Of a stretch of 64,000 nucleotides of DNA, positions 28,572-36,702 are shown piece by piece. Below the pieces are notes generated by a model. That model searched no databases. It was not told the origin of the DNA and worked only from the letters and a program-made list of their open reading frames with translations. Source of the stretch: Lentisphaerae bacterium GWF2_50_93 (GTDB lineage: Bacteria > Verrucomicrobiota > Lentisphaeria > Victivallales > GWF2-50-93); the NCBI GenBank assembly GCA_001804815.1, contig MHBI01000056.1, positions 28,802 through 92,801 of the forward strand, read 5' to 3'. How positions within the stretch are numbered: position 1 is the first letter of the stretch; every line of letters starts with the position of its first letter. A program made the position numbers and the translations under genes.

Positions 28572-28985
28572 TAGTTACCAATCGTCTCGAGATAAGTGGA
28601 ATAAAATCATGTCTGTTTTCGATGCGGATTCGGCTTGGCGGGAATAAGGCGATACAGTAGTATCGTTGTTTCCCGGCAGGATGAAGGCCGCGCGGAAAGA
28701 GGCATGACCGCTTTGCGGCGTGAGTCTTTTGGCGTTCAGACCGCCTGTTTGCGCTCGACGATGGCTCAGCATCGCCTCCTCGCAACCAAACGTTCCGACC
28801 ATCCAAAATCCTTCACGTTTTATTTCTGCTTATTTGCGATACATGACACTAGGTTGCGACTACATCGCTCACGGGAGACGTATGTTTTATGGGCATACGG
28901 AAAAAACTGTCTTCAAGTTTATCTACATCTTGAATCCCATAATTAAGTGATAAGTGATTATAGTGGTTATAAAGAGGTGATAAAC

Positions 28986-29120
28986 ATGAACATAAAAGAT
29001 GCCAGGAGCCGTCTTGCACTTACGAGAATCAGGGAGTCAGCTCAAGAATACGGTTCTGACAAGATGAATCTTTCAGATATCAACGGAATTATAAAAAAAC
29101 CCCGTGCCGGAAGGAAATAG
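28986..29120 (+). CDS. Small ORF (44 aa), possibly an orphan antitoxin-like or regulatory peptide
   Basis: AGAGGTG lies 6 nt upstream of the ATG. Translation is MNIKDARSRLALTRIRESAQEYGSDKMNLSDINGIIKKPRAGRK. GTGAT(A/T)-like direct repeats lie upstream. It falls below the ORF-track length cutoff. Confidence 0.3.
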   Translation: MNIKDARSRLALTRIRESAQEYGSDKMNLSDINGIIKKPRAGRK

Positions 29121-29146
29121 ATATAAATTCAGGCTCCTGTCTGAAT

Positions 29147-30190
29147 TTATCTCCACTTGTACGGATTTTCCAGGCTGTGCGGGTCGGTTCCAGGCGGCAG
29201 TTCAGCCGCTTTCTTCCCAGGTTTCATTACACTCGCCTTGAGGTACATGTCCAGGACGTTTGATTTTCCATCACTGCTCAAGAGGGTTGGTCCGAAAAGA
29301 CTCTTGTAGAAGTTCATGTTTGAGCTTACCGCACCGCCTATGTAGATCTTCTGTCCGTCCTGGACGGTCAGCTTTGTCACTATGCTTTCAACCCGCACCG
29401 AAGACTTTGCGCCCTTGCCGTCGATGTAGCTGACCTCGGGGTATATTTCGACTTCTATGAGTCCGTCATCCCTGAGCTTGGGCAGAACCATGAGCTTGGC
29501 TCCAACATCCCGCATGACGAATCCGGGAATAGAGGCTGGAATGATGACCGAGCTGCCACCTCCGACGACGACAGTAGGCGGAAGGAATTTGTAATTGTAC
29601 AGCCAACTGGGATCCGCAATTGTCCTTCCAACAAACAGGCTTGCCGGAAAACCGCTCTTCGTCACAATGAACTGGCTTGTGTTCCTTGTTTCACCCCCGC
29701 TGGTCTTTGAAGCGCTTATATCGATGCTTTTCGGTTTTACCACCTTTCCGTCGACGATGATAACCTGGTTGGGCTGTATTCCTTTTCCATAACCGACCCT
29801 GACGTCCAGGTTTTCGCCGCCGCTTGAACCGGTATTCAGAAAGTCCACGTCTATCCTTATGTTTACCGCGTCTGTGTCGATGTCGCCGAGGAACTTCATT
29901 ATTTTTTCGATATTCTCCGGATAGTCGCCTACAAGTATCGAGCCTCTTTTCTCCTCGAATGTCAGAATTCCGTCCTTTGAGAGAAGAGGTCGGCAGATCT
30001 TGTCGACGATGGCGAAGTCAATGCTTTTCAGCGGGATAAGCTTGTATTTGAATTCGCCTGTAGGCTTGATGACGACCGATTTGGGCTTGGGCTGTTCTGG
30101 CTTGGTGTCTGCCGTGGCCGGAGCGTTTTCCTCTGCGAAAGACAATGACAATACAAGAAGATAGATTGAAAGAAAAGATAGGATTTTCAT
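29147..30190 (-). CDS. Short secretin-family outer-membrane protein (secretin N-domain plus secretin C-domain)
   Basis: Signal peptide; NolW-like N-domain (YKLIPLKSIDFAIVDKICRPLLSKDGILTFEEKRGSILVGDYPENIEKIMKFLGDID); secretin-core-like DVGAKLMVLPKLRDDGLIEVEIYPEVS...TKLTVQDGQKIYIGG. Confidence 0.65.
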   Translation of the reverse strand: MKILSFLSIYLLVLSLSFAEENAPATADTKPEQPKPKSVVIKPTGEFKYKLIPLKSIDFAIVDKICRPLLSKDGILTFEEKRGSILVGDYPENIEKIMKFLGDIDTDAVNIRIDVDFLNTGSSGGENLDVRVGYGKGIQPNQVIIVDGKVVKPKSIDISASKTSGGETRNTSQFIVTKSGFPASLFVGRTIADPSWLYNYKFLPPTVVVGGGSSVIIPASIPGFVMRDVGAKLMVLPKLRDDGLIEVEIYPEVSYIDGKGAKSSVRVESIVTKLTVQDGQKIYIGGAVSSNMNFYKSLFGPTLLSSDGKSNVLDMYLKASVMKPGKKAAELPPGTDPHSLENPYKWR

Positions 30191-30219
30191 GAAACACCTC
30201 CATCATTTAATATATTTAA

Positions 30220-30642
30220 TTACGGTTCAATAATCTTGAAATTGTTGGCTTTGAAATAGGAGATGATTTTCGAGTCGCGGGTTATGAGGCTTGCTCCCAG
30301 GTGTATTGCCGTAGCGGCTATTATCCTGTCGGCAGGATCACCGTGGAAAGCGCCGGGCAGCCTGCAGCTCAGGCAAGCTATCTCAGGACTTATGTTCACG
30401 GAAGAGAAGCCTGGCACTTCCAAAGTCCTGTTTATCCAGTCCAGGCAACTGCTTGTAAAGCTGATTCTCCCTTTGGATTGAAGCATCGCCAGCTCCCACA
30501 TGCTGATTTCGGAAATCCTCAGGGATGAGAGGGAGATGGCATTGCCTATACGTTTGCGCGAGGGAGAATCCGAGAGATTTTTATCGCCCTCAAAGTACCA
30601 TAGGAATATATGGGTGTCTAAAAGTACAAGTTCAGTTCTCAT
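30220..30642 (-). CDS. vapC: PIN-domain toxin (VapC-like) of a type II toxin-antitoxin pair
   Basis: LLDTHIFLWY...; an acidic-residue pattern with D at the N-terminus and ...ADRIIAATAIHLGASLITRDSKI. It overlaps the antitoxin gene by 11 nt. Confidence 0.8.
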   Translation of the reverse strand: MRTELVLLDTHIFLWYFEGDKNLSDSPSRKRIGNAISLSSLRISEISMWELAMLQSKGRISFTSSCLDWINRTLEVPGFSSVNISPEIACLSCRLPGAFHGDPADRIIAATAIHLGASLITRDSKIISYFKANNFKIIEP

Positions 30643-30883
30643 CGGCCTCCCAGGATTCCTCCGGTGATCTCACTATGTCCCCTTTTATCTTTACGGAACC
30701 GCTGAACATGCCGAAAAAATCACCGCGTTTCCTGCTTTTCTCCTGTTCGCAGGGAACAATTTTGGCGACTGGTCTTCCGTGCTTGGTTATGATGATTTCG
30801 TGATGGAACTTGCTTACTTCATCCATAAGGCTGAGGCATCTGGCCTTGAAAGCTCCGGCTGCGATCTGCATATGGTACTCCAT
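30632..30883 (-). CDS. Phd/YefM-family antitoxin
   Basis: FKARCLSLMDEVSKFHHEIIITKHGRPVAKIVP is the Phd/YefM signature. The N-terminal 75 codons of the ORF-track model overlap the tilS 3' region, so I start at the ATG at 30883 (or 30871). Confidence 0.75.
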   Translation of the reverse strand: MEYHMQIAAGAFKARCLSLMDEVSKFHHEIIITKHGRPVAKIVPCEQEKSRKRGDFFGMFSGSVKIKGDIVRSPEESWEADEN

Positions 30884-30929
30884 GTTTAATAAATGTATGA
30901 CCATAATATTATGACCATTATTGGAAAAT

Positions 30930-32354
30930 TCAAGGCTCATATGAAGAAAAATCGCTGTCAAAACTGAAAATGGCAAACCGTTTTGTGTCAGGCCCGATAT
31001 TTGCGAAGTTCGCACGCCTGACTCCCGGGACCCATATGATTTCTCCCGCAGACGTGCATACGACAGGAGTTGAATCCTTGCGTTCCGAGTCCATTTTCCG
31101 GCTTTCAAAAAGCTTCTTCAGGCCCACTTGCGTCACCTTCCCGAAAGGTATCATCCTGTCGCCGTCAAGCCATTGCCTGACTATCAGTCCCTCCGGCATT
31201 TCATCAGCGTCGAAGAAGACATTTTTTTCATCGCGCTTGAAGACTGGCTGCTTGCCGGCGGAAGCAGTATCAGCTTTAATCATGGAGTTGCGCCAGTTGA
31301 TTTTCTTAACAGTCCTCCATTTCCATGCCAGGGCTGGAATTTTTTCGTCTTTGCGGATTTCGCACAGGGACACATGATCAGCTTTGAGCTTCAAGAACAA
31401 TGTATCCCCATTAACGGGAATAAGAGCGGAACTCCTGTCGGTTTTACGGTTCTCAAAAATCTTGTTCATCTCATCCGTGAATCTCGCGATGAAATCGCTG
31501 TCCGGGATATAGTCCGAACCAGTCTGTTCTGAAAGCCAAAGCCGCAGGAACCTGACCAGTATGGCAGGATGCATGGCTTTGAGATACGCAATCTCAATGG
31601 ATTTCCTGCTTTTGACAGCTTTGAAGATGTCTGAAGTGGCAGATTCAATGTAGTCGGCGTCCTGTTCAAGCGCATAAATTGACTTCAGCACGGAAGAACC
31701 GGCATTTGGAAATCGTTCGGAAATCAAAGGTATGACTTTGTTCCTGAAGAAATTCCTCCTGTAGTCCTCTTCGGTGTTTGAGCTGTCTGTGCGCCAGTCG
31801 GAAATCCCTTTTGATCTGAGGAAGTCCTCGATGTCGCCGCGCCTGAATTGCAGGATGGGGCGGATGATAGTGATATTGCCTATTTTCTGGATTTTTCGGA
31901 GGGATGTCAAACCTGAAGAATTAGAACCGCGCAGGAGTCTGAGAAAAACGTTTTCGACCTTGTCGTTGGCGTTATGGCCCAGCGCGACCAGCGAGGGCGT
32001 GTCTTCGGCAAGAACCTTCCATTGCCTTAGGCGGAGCCTTCTGGCCGCGGCCTCGACGCTTTCGCCTGCATGGCGCGAGTTGTTTACATCAAGGCTGATC
32101 CCCATGAAGTCGATGTTGCGGAATTCGCAGAATTTCCGGCACCAGCCTGCATCGGCAACACCTTCTTTTCCACGGAGTCCATGTTCGAAGTGCACGGCTT
32201 TGAGATGGAAACCCAGCCTTTTGGATTCATCGTTGAGGAGTATCAGGAGGGCGGTCGAATCCGGTCCACCGCTGAATCCGGAGTAAATGTTCTTCACTCC
32301 GTTAAGTGGTTCCATGCTGAAGAAGCATTTCAGATCCATAAGCCGGCCATCCAT
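30930..32354 (-). CDS. tilS: tRNA(Ile)-lysidine synthetase
   Basis: PP-loop SGFSGGPDSTALL and a TilS-type substrate-binding C-terminal domain. The true start may be an internal Met (32339 or 32315), because the divergent gene begins only 20-65 nt away. Confidence 0.88.
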   Translation of the reverse strand: MDGRLMDLKCFFSMEPLNGVKNIYSGFSGGPDSTALLILLNDESKRLGFHLKAVHFEHGLRGKEGVADAGWCRKFCEFRNIDFMGISLDVNNSRHAGESVEAAARRLRLRQWKVLAEDTPSLVALGHNANDKVENVFLRLLRGSNSSGLTSLRKIQKIGNITIIRPILQFRRGDIEDFLRSKGISDWRTDSSNTEEDYRRNFFRNKVIPLISERFPNAGSSVLKSIYALEQDADYIESATSDIFKAVKSRKSIEIAYLKAMHPAILVRFLRLWLSEQTGSDYIPDSDFIARFTDEMNKIFENRKTDRSSALIPVNGDTLFLKLKADHVSLCEIRKDEKIPALAWKWRTVKKINWRNSMIKADTASAGKQPVFKRDEKNVFFDADEMPEGLIVRQWLDGDRMIPFGKVTQVGLKKLFESRKMDSERKDSTPVVCTSAGEIIWVPGVRRANFANIGPDTKRFAIFSFDSDFSSYEP

Positions 32355-32419
32355 TATTTACTTTTGCGCGCAATATGCTAGTTTTTAAAGGTTCACTAAA
32401 TTATAAACTGTATTTGATT

Positions 32420-34042
32420 ATGAATATTTCAAACATTACTGGTTCCGATAAGCGATTTTTCATCATAGTGGCGTCCTGTCTCTTGCTTCTTTCCGCCTTC
32501 CTGCATTTCTGGAAGATAGGGGAAGTACCCAACGGATTCTATGCGGACGAGAGCTCAATAGGGTACAATGCATGGTGCATAGCCGAGACCGGAGCTGATG
32601 AATATGAAATAAAATATCCGGTCTTCTTCAAATGCTTCGGCAATTATCATGACCCGGTAATGGTGTATTTCCTTGCGCCGCTGATGAAAATATTCGGGCC
32701 TGAAAAATGGGTTGTCAGGTTCCCAAGTGCATTATTTCATCTTCTTGCCTCGATAGCCTTCTTCTTCCTTGCGGCAAAATATGCGAGTAACAGATGGATA
32801 TGCCTCGCCGGAGCCTTTGTTTTTTCGACGCTTCCATGGATCTTCCCGGTAAGTCGTGTTATGATGTCGGGATATACGGCCATGCTTCTTGGTATAATAG
32901 CAGGCTGGTATTTCCTCATGCAGGCCTTCGGTAAACGATCAGTTGGATTCGCCGTTGCATCAGGAATCAGCTGGGCGTTCGCGATGTATGCGCACAATAT
33001 CGGAAGACCGATGACTGCGGCAATCCTTGTCTGCTTTGTTCTAGCTATGAATGTGCTTCTGATAAGGAGATGGAAGGTATTCCTTGCCTTTCTTGCGGCT
33101 TTTGCAGGAGCTCTTGTACCCATGATTGCCTCGGTGATCAACAATTACGAAAGCATGACGAGCAGGTTTTCGACTTTGAAGGTGTGGGCTGGAAGCAGCG
33201 GGATTCCGGAAACTGCTTCCAGGATGGTTGACAGGTATCTTGAATATTTCAGCCCCGCATTCCTTTTTATCAACGGCGATTCAAATCTCAGGCACAATTC
33301 TGGCGCATCAGGCGAACTGTATGTCTTCATGGCTCCTTTCATAATCGCCGGGTTCTACTGTTTCTACAAGGGGTTCAGGAGGAATCCTTTTTTGAGGTTT
33401 GCACTTTTAGGAATCCTCGTCTACCCTCTGGCGGCCGTACTGACAATTGATCATATGCACAGCATGAGAGCGCTCAATGGGGTTGTATTCTGGAACGTTT
33501 TAGCCGTGATCGGAGCTGGATGCCTGTGGCGAAAACGGAATGTCATTTTCTACAGGATTGTTCTTTATGCGATGCCGGTTGTTTTCATCTTTGAACTGAC
33601 GGCCTACATGTCGGATTATTTTGGAAAATATCCTGAAAGGTCAAGGCTTGCTTTTGCAGCTCCTCTTATCGAGGCATTTGAATATTCATTTAAGAAATTA
33701 GAACCCGGTGAAACGTTGTATGTCTCCGCATCATCGATACCGCAGAAGATAAATGTCGAATTCAAGCCGTTCTGGTATATGTATCTGCTGTTTTTTGGAA
33801 AAGTACCACCTTCAATATACCAGGCCAAGGGGCTTCCCATGGATTATATATGTGCATATCAAGGGCAGCCTTTGAAGAAAGGAATTCTTGTTAGAAACAA
33901 TATTGTCAGCTTTAAAGATGGCAACGGGGTTGTCCACTCGCTATTGAATGACGAGAAAGTCCCTGTGAATGGTGTGTTGATCCAAAAGTTTCCGATCATG
34001 CCAGGAGAAAAAGTGTTTATAGAGGTATATCGCATTAAATGA
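32420..34042 (+). CDS. GT-C fold membrane glycosyltransferase, ArnT/PMT-like (paralog 1 of 3)
   Basis: About 11-13 hydrophobic segments. First-loop motif FYADESSIGYNAWCIAETGADEYEIKYPVFFKCFGNYHDPV (DE motif). C-terminal soluble domain. Clear paralogy to 34952-36559 and 40383-42005. Confidence 0.65.
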   Translation: MNISNITGSDKRFFIIVASCLLLLSAFLHFWKIGEVPNGFYADESSIGYNAWCIAETGADEYEIKYPVFFKCFGNYHDPVMVYFLAPLMKIFGPEKWVVRFPSALFHLLASIAFFFLAAKYASNRWICLAGAFVFSTLPWIFPVSRVMMSGYTAMLLGIIAGWYFLMQAFGKRSVGFAVASGISWAFAMYAHNIGRPMTAAILVCFVLAMNVLLIRRWKVFLAFLAAFAGALVPMIASVINNYESMTSRFSTLKVWAGSSGIPETASRMVDRYLEYFSPAFLFINGDSNLRHNSGASGELYVFMAPFIIAGFYCFYKGFRRNPFLRFALLGILVYPLAAVLTIDHMHSMRALNGVVFWNVLAVIGAGCLWRKRNVIFYRIVLYAMPVVFIFELTAYMSDYFGKYPERSRLAFAAPLIEAFEYSFKKLEPGETLYVSASSIPQKINVEFKPFWYMYLLFFGKVPPSIYQAKGLPMDYICAYQGQPLKKGILVRNNIVSFKDGNGVVHSLLNDEKVPVNGVLIQKFPIMPGEKVFIEVYRIK

Positions 34043-34070
34043 ATTCAGACACAATTGCATAGGCGACAAA

Positions 34071-34853
34071 ATGACATTTCCACATTCAGCTCAGGACAAG
34101 AAGGCAGAAATTGAATTTTTCAACAGCTTTGCAGGACCGCAGGGGTATGATGTGTTTGATGCTGAGAGCAAGGAGAGGCTTGTAGGCGAGTGCCTAAAGG
34201 TCCTCTCTTCGGTCAGGGAGCCGGGGAAGGGTATGATTTTTGCGGATTTGGGATGCGGATCCGGCGTCTTTACTGATATCTTGGAGAAAAGGGGATTCAC
34301 GGTGGTCGGAGTGGACTTGAGCCATAAGATCCTTCAGGCAGGGAAAAAGAGCTATGGTTTTGACTTCGTCAACGGGGATGTCGAATTCCTCCCGTTTAAA
34401 GACTCGAGCATCGACTTCATCATGTTCAGTGGGATGCTCCACCATCTTCCCGAAAAGAGCCTCTGCGCGGCTGAAGCTTTCAGGGTGCTGAAGCCGGGAG
34501 GGGTGTTCGTCGCCTTCGATCCTAACAAGCAGAATCCGTTCATGTGGCTCTACAGGGATATCAGTTCACCTCTCCACAGCCAGAAGGGCGTGACCAGGAA
34601 CGAATGTCCCATCAGTGCAGCTGAAGTCGAGGAAGTCTTTGGCAGGCACGGATTCAAGATGAAGATAGAATATCTGTCGGGCTTGCACTACAAGGCCATA
34701 GCGAGTTCGCTTCTGCGCCCCCTTCTGCCGCTATACAATTTCCTCGATGCGGTGATTTTCAGCTTCAAGTTCATGAGGAAGCGCAGATCCTTTATAATCA
34801 GTGTCGGCCAGAAGCCCTCTAATCTCAAGGCAGTTCCAATAGGTTGCCATTAG
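34071..34853 (+). CDS. Class I SAM-dependent methyltransferase
   Basis: Motif I FADLGCGSGVF, and motif post-I/II VVGVDLS...FIMFSGMLHH...LKPGG. Confidence 0.85.
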   Translation: MTFPHSAQDKKAEIEFFNSFAGPQGYDVFDAESKERLVGECLKVLSSVREPGKGMIFADLGCGSGVFTDILEKRGFTVVGVDLSHKILQAGKKSYGFDFVNGDVEFLPFKDSSIDFIMFSGMLHHLPEKSLCAAEAFRVLKPGGVFVAFDPNKQNPFMWLYRDISSPLHSQKGVTRNECPISAAEVEEVFGRHGFKMKIEYLSGLHYKAIASSLLRPLLPLYNFLDAVIFSFKFMRKRRSFIISVGQKPSNLKAVPIGCH

Positions 34854-34951
34854 GCAGCTGTTTTGACGAAGAGTGCAATTGTTGATTTTCCCTCATCCAC
34901 GTTCTATGTTAAATAAAAAATGGACAGATCAACCAGCTTGCTTATGAAATA

Positions 34952-36559
34952 ATGAGATTTAAAAAAATATATATGTGGACGGCTATTCTTCTATGCCTGC
35001 TGTCAATCGCACTGCATTTTTACAGGATAAGGACAATTCCGCCGGGACTCTCAATCGATGAGGCTGCGGTCCTTTACAACGCTTACTGCATTGCCGAGAC
35101 CGGAGCCGACGAACATGGAAAAATCCTGCCTCTCTACTTCGAATCCTTTGGCGATTATAAAAACCCATTGAAAATATATCTGACAGTACCCGTCTTGAAA
35201 ATCATGGGCTTCTGCAGCGAGGCTCCCAGGATAATCAGCAGCCTATTCCATCTGCTTGCGAGTTTCGCATTTTATTTCCTGCTGAGGTCGCAGTCTAGGA
35301 ATAAATGGATCTGCCTTTCAGGCGCCTTCATTTTCTCCGTGCTCCCATGGGTGCTCCCATTGAGCAGGGTTGGACTGGGATTCACAATAATGCTTTTCAT
35401 GTATATTGCCGGATGGTACTGCCTGAACATGATGTTCCGTGGCAATAAAAACACGTTTGCCATACTTTCCGGTTTCTTCATCGGCATGGCTTTCTATTCT
35501 TCTCATGTCGGGCGGATGGCATCTCCGATGTTCATACTTCTGCTTTTTATATCATACAACCGCCTGCTGATCAAAAGATACAGGCAGATTATCGCTTTTC
35601 TGGCGGCATATTCAATGGTGCTCCTGCCGTTCCTGGTCTCATTTCTTGCAAACACGGAAATGATGAACCGCTTTTACCACGTTAACCTTTTCAGTGCACC
35701 AAACAGCTCCCAGTTCAGCATTTTGGAAATGCCTTCCAGATATCTCTCCTATTTTGGCTATGACTTCCTGTTCTTCACTGGTGATGGCACGTTACGCCAC
35801 AACATTGGCACCGGCGAACTTTTCCTATTCCTAATTCCACTGATATTATTTGGAATATACCAAGTCCTCAGGACGGCAATGAAAAACCCCAATGCTAGGT
35901 TCCTCGCCATTAGTTTTCTCTTCTATCCCATCGCGGCTATTATCACTACAGGTGAAATAAACTGCACAAGGACCATGCAGGGTTCTGTAATATGGATGCT
36001 GATTTCGATGCTCGGGCTGGCCTATCTCTGGTCACATAAAAAGAAATATGAGATTCTTATTGCCATCGTACTGATTTTTGGAACTATCGAGATCCCGTAT
36101 TACTTCTACAATTATTTCTATATCTATCCTGAAAGGCCTGAAACAAGATTTGCCTTTTTTGCTCCATTCACCGATGCTTTCAAAGAGGCCTTTTCCAGCT
36201 TGGGCACCAATGAGACCCTCTATATCTCCAAGACAGTTTCACCTCTGCCTATAAATATCAGAAATTTTAATGAGAAATTCCATGACGACTTCTACATCTA
36301 TTTACTGGTATATGGCAAGCTTGCACCGTCCGCCTATCAGGAAAATGGGATTTCAGGTGATAATTTCAGCATATACGAAGGCCGTATTAAAAAATCAGGC
36401 ATGCTGATCACGTCAGATTCATTTCTCATATTCAAACCAGGTGGGCAATACGAGCTATGCAAAAACATTGAACCCATACCTGACGGCGCCCTATTACTGA
36501 AGGAAATACAAGTTAATCCTTACAAGAAGTTGCTTGTCTATAAGTTGAAGCAGCCATGA
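34952..36559 (+). CDS. GT-C fold membrane glycosyltransferase, ArnT/PMT-like (paralog 2 of 3)
   Basis: LSIDEAAVLYNAYCIAETGADEHGKILPLYFESFGDYKNPL; polytopic; the same architecture as paralogs 1 and 3. Confidence 0.65.
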   Translation: MRFKKIYMWTAILLCLLSIALHFYRIRTIPPGLSIDEAAVLYNAYCIAETGADEHGKILPLYFESFGDYKNPLKIYLTVPVLKIMGFCSEAPRIISSLFHLLASFAFYFLLRSQSRNKWICLSGAFIFSVLPWVLPLSRVGLGFTIMLFMYIAGWYCLNMMFRGNKNTFAILSGFFIGMAFYSSHVGRMASPMFILLLFISYNRLLIKRYRQIIAFLAAYSMVLLPFLVSFLANTEMMNRFYHVNLFSAPNSSQFSILEMPSRYLSYFGYDFLFFTGDGTLRHNIGTGELFLFLIPLILFGIYQVLRTAMKNPNARFLAISFLFYPIAAIITTGEINCTRTMQGSVIWMLISMLGLAYLWSHKKKYEILIAIVLIFGTIEIPYYFYNYFYIYPERPETRFAFFAPFTDAFKEAFSSLGTNETLYISKTVSPLPINIRNFNEKFHDDFYIYLLVYGKLAPSAYQENGISGDNFSIYEGRIKKSGMLITSDSFLIFKPGGQYELCKNIEPIPDGALLLKEIQVNPYKKLLVYKLKQP

Positions 36560-36620
36560 CCGACCATCATTTGCGCCAGCCATTGCCTCGCAGATCTTTG
36601 AAAGTGTCGAGAGGCAAGAC

Positions 36621-36649
36621 TTGACTTAGCATGTATTCCGAATTATGTT
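36621..36649 (+). promoter_or_regulatory. Putative sigma-70 type promoter (TTGACT - 17 nt - TATGTT)
   Basis: The hexamers lie about 55 nt upstream of the ATG at 36703 and are preceded by a ttgcctc...gaggcaa hairpin. Confidence 0.4.
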
Positions 36650-36702
36650 GGCTCTCAGCTGATAAAGGAACCCTCTAACTAAAATTCATCCGACTGGAAC
36701 AC

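Noticed and set aside
28572-28985. tmRNA, RNase P RNA or SRP RNA next to rnr
   Set aside because: On both strands I looked for a tRNA-like acceptor/T-arm (GGTTCGA...CCACCA), GGAAAGTCCGGGC / ACAGAACCCGGCTTA, and GGTCCGGAAGGAAGCAGC. None was found. The region is kept only as an unclassified structured-RNA candidate.
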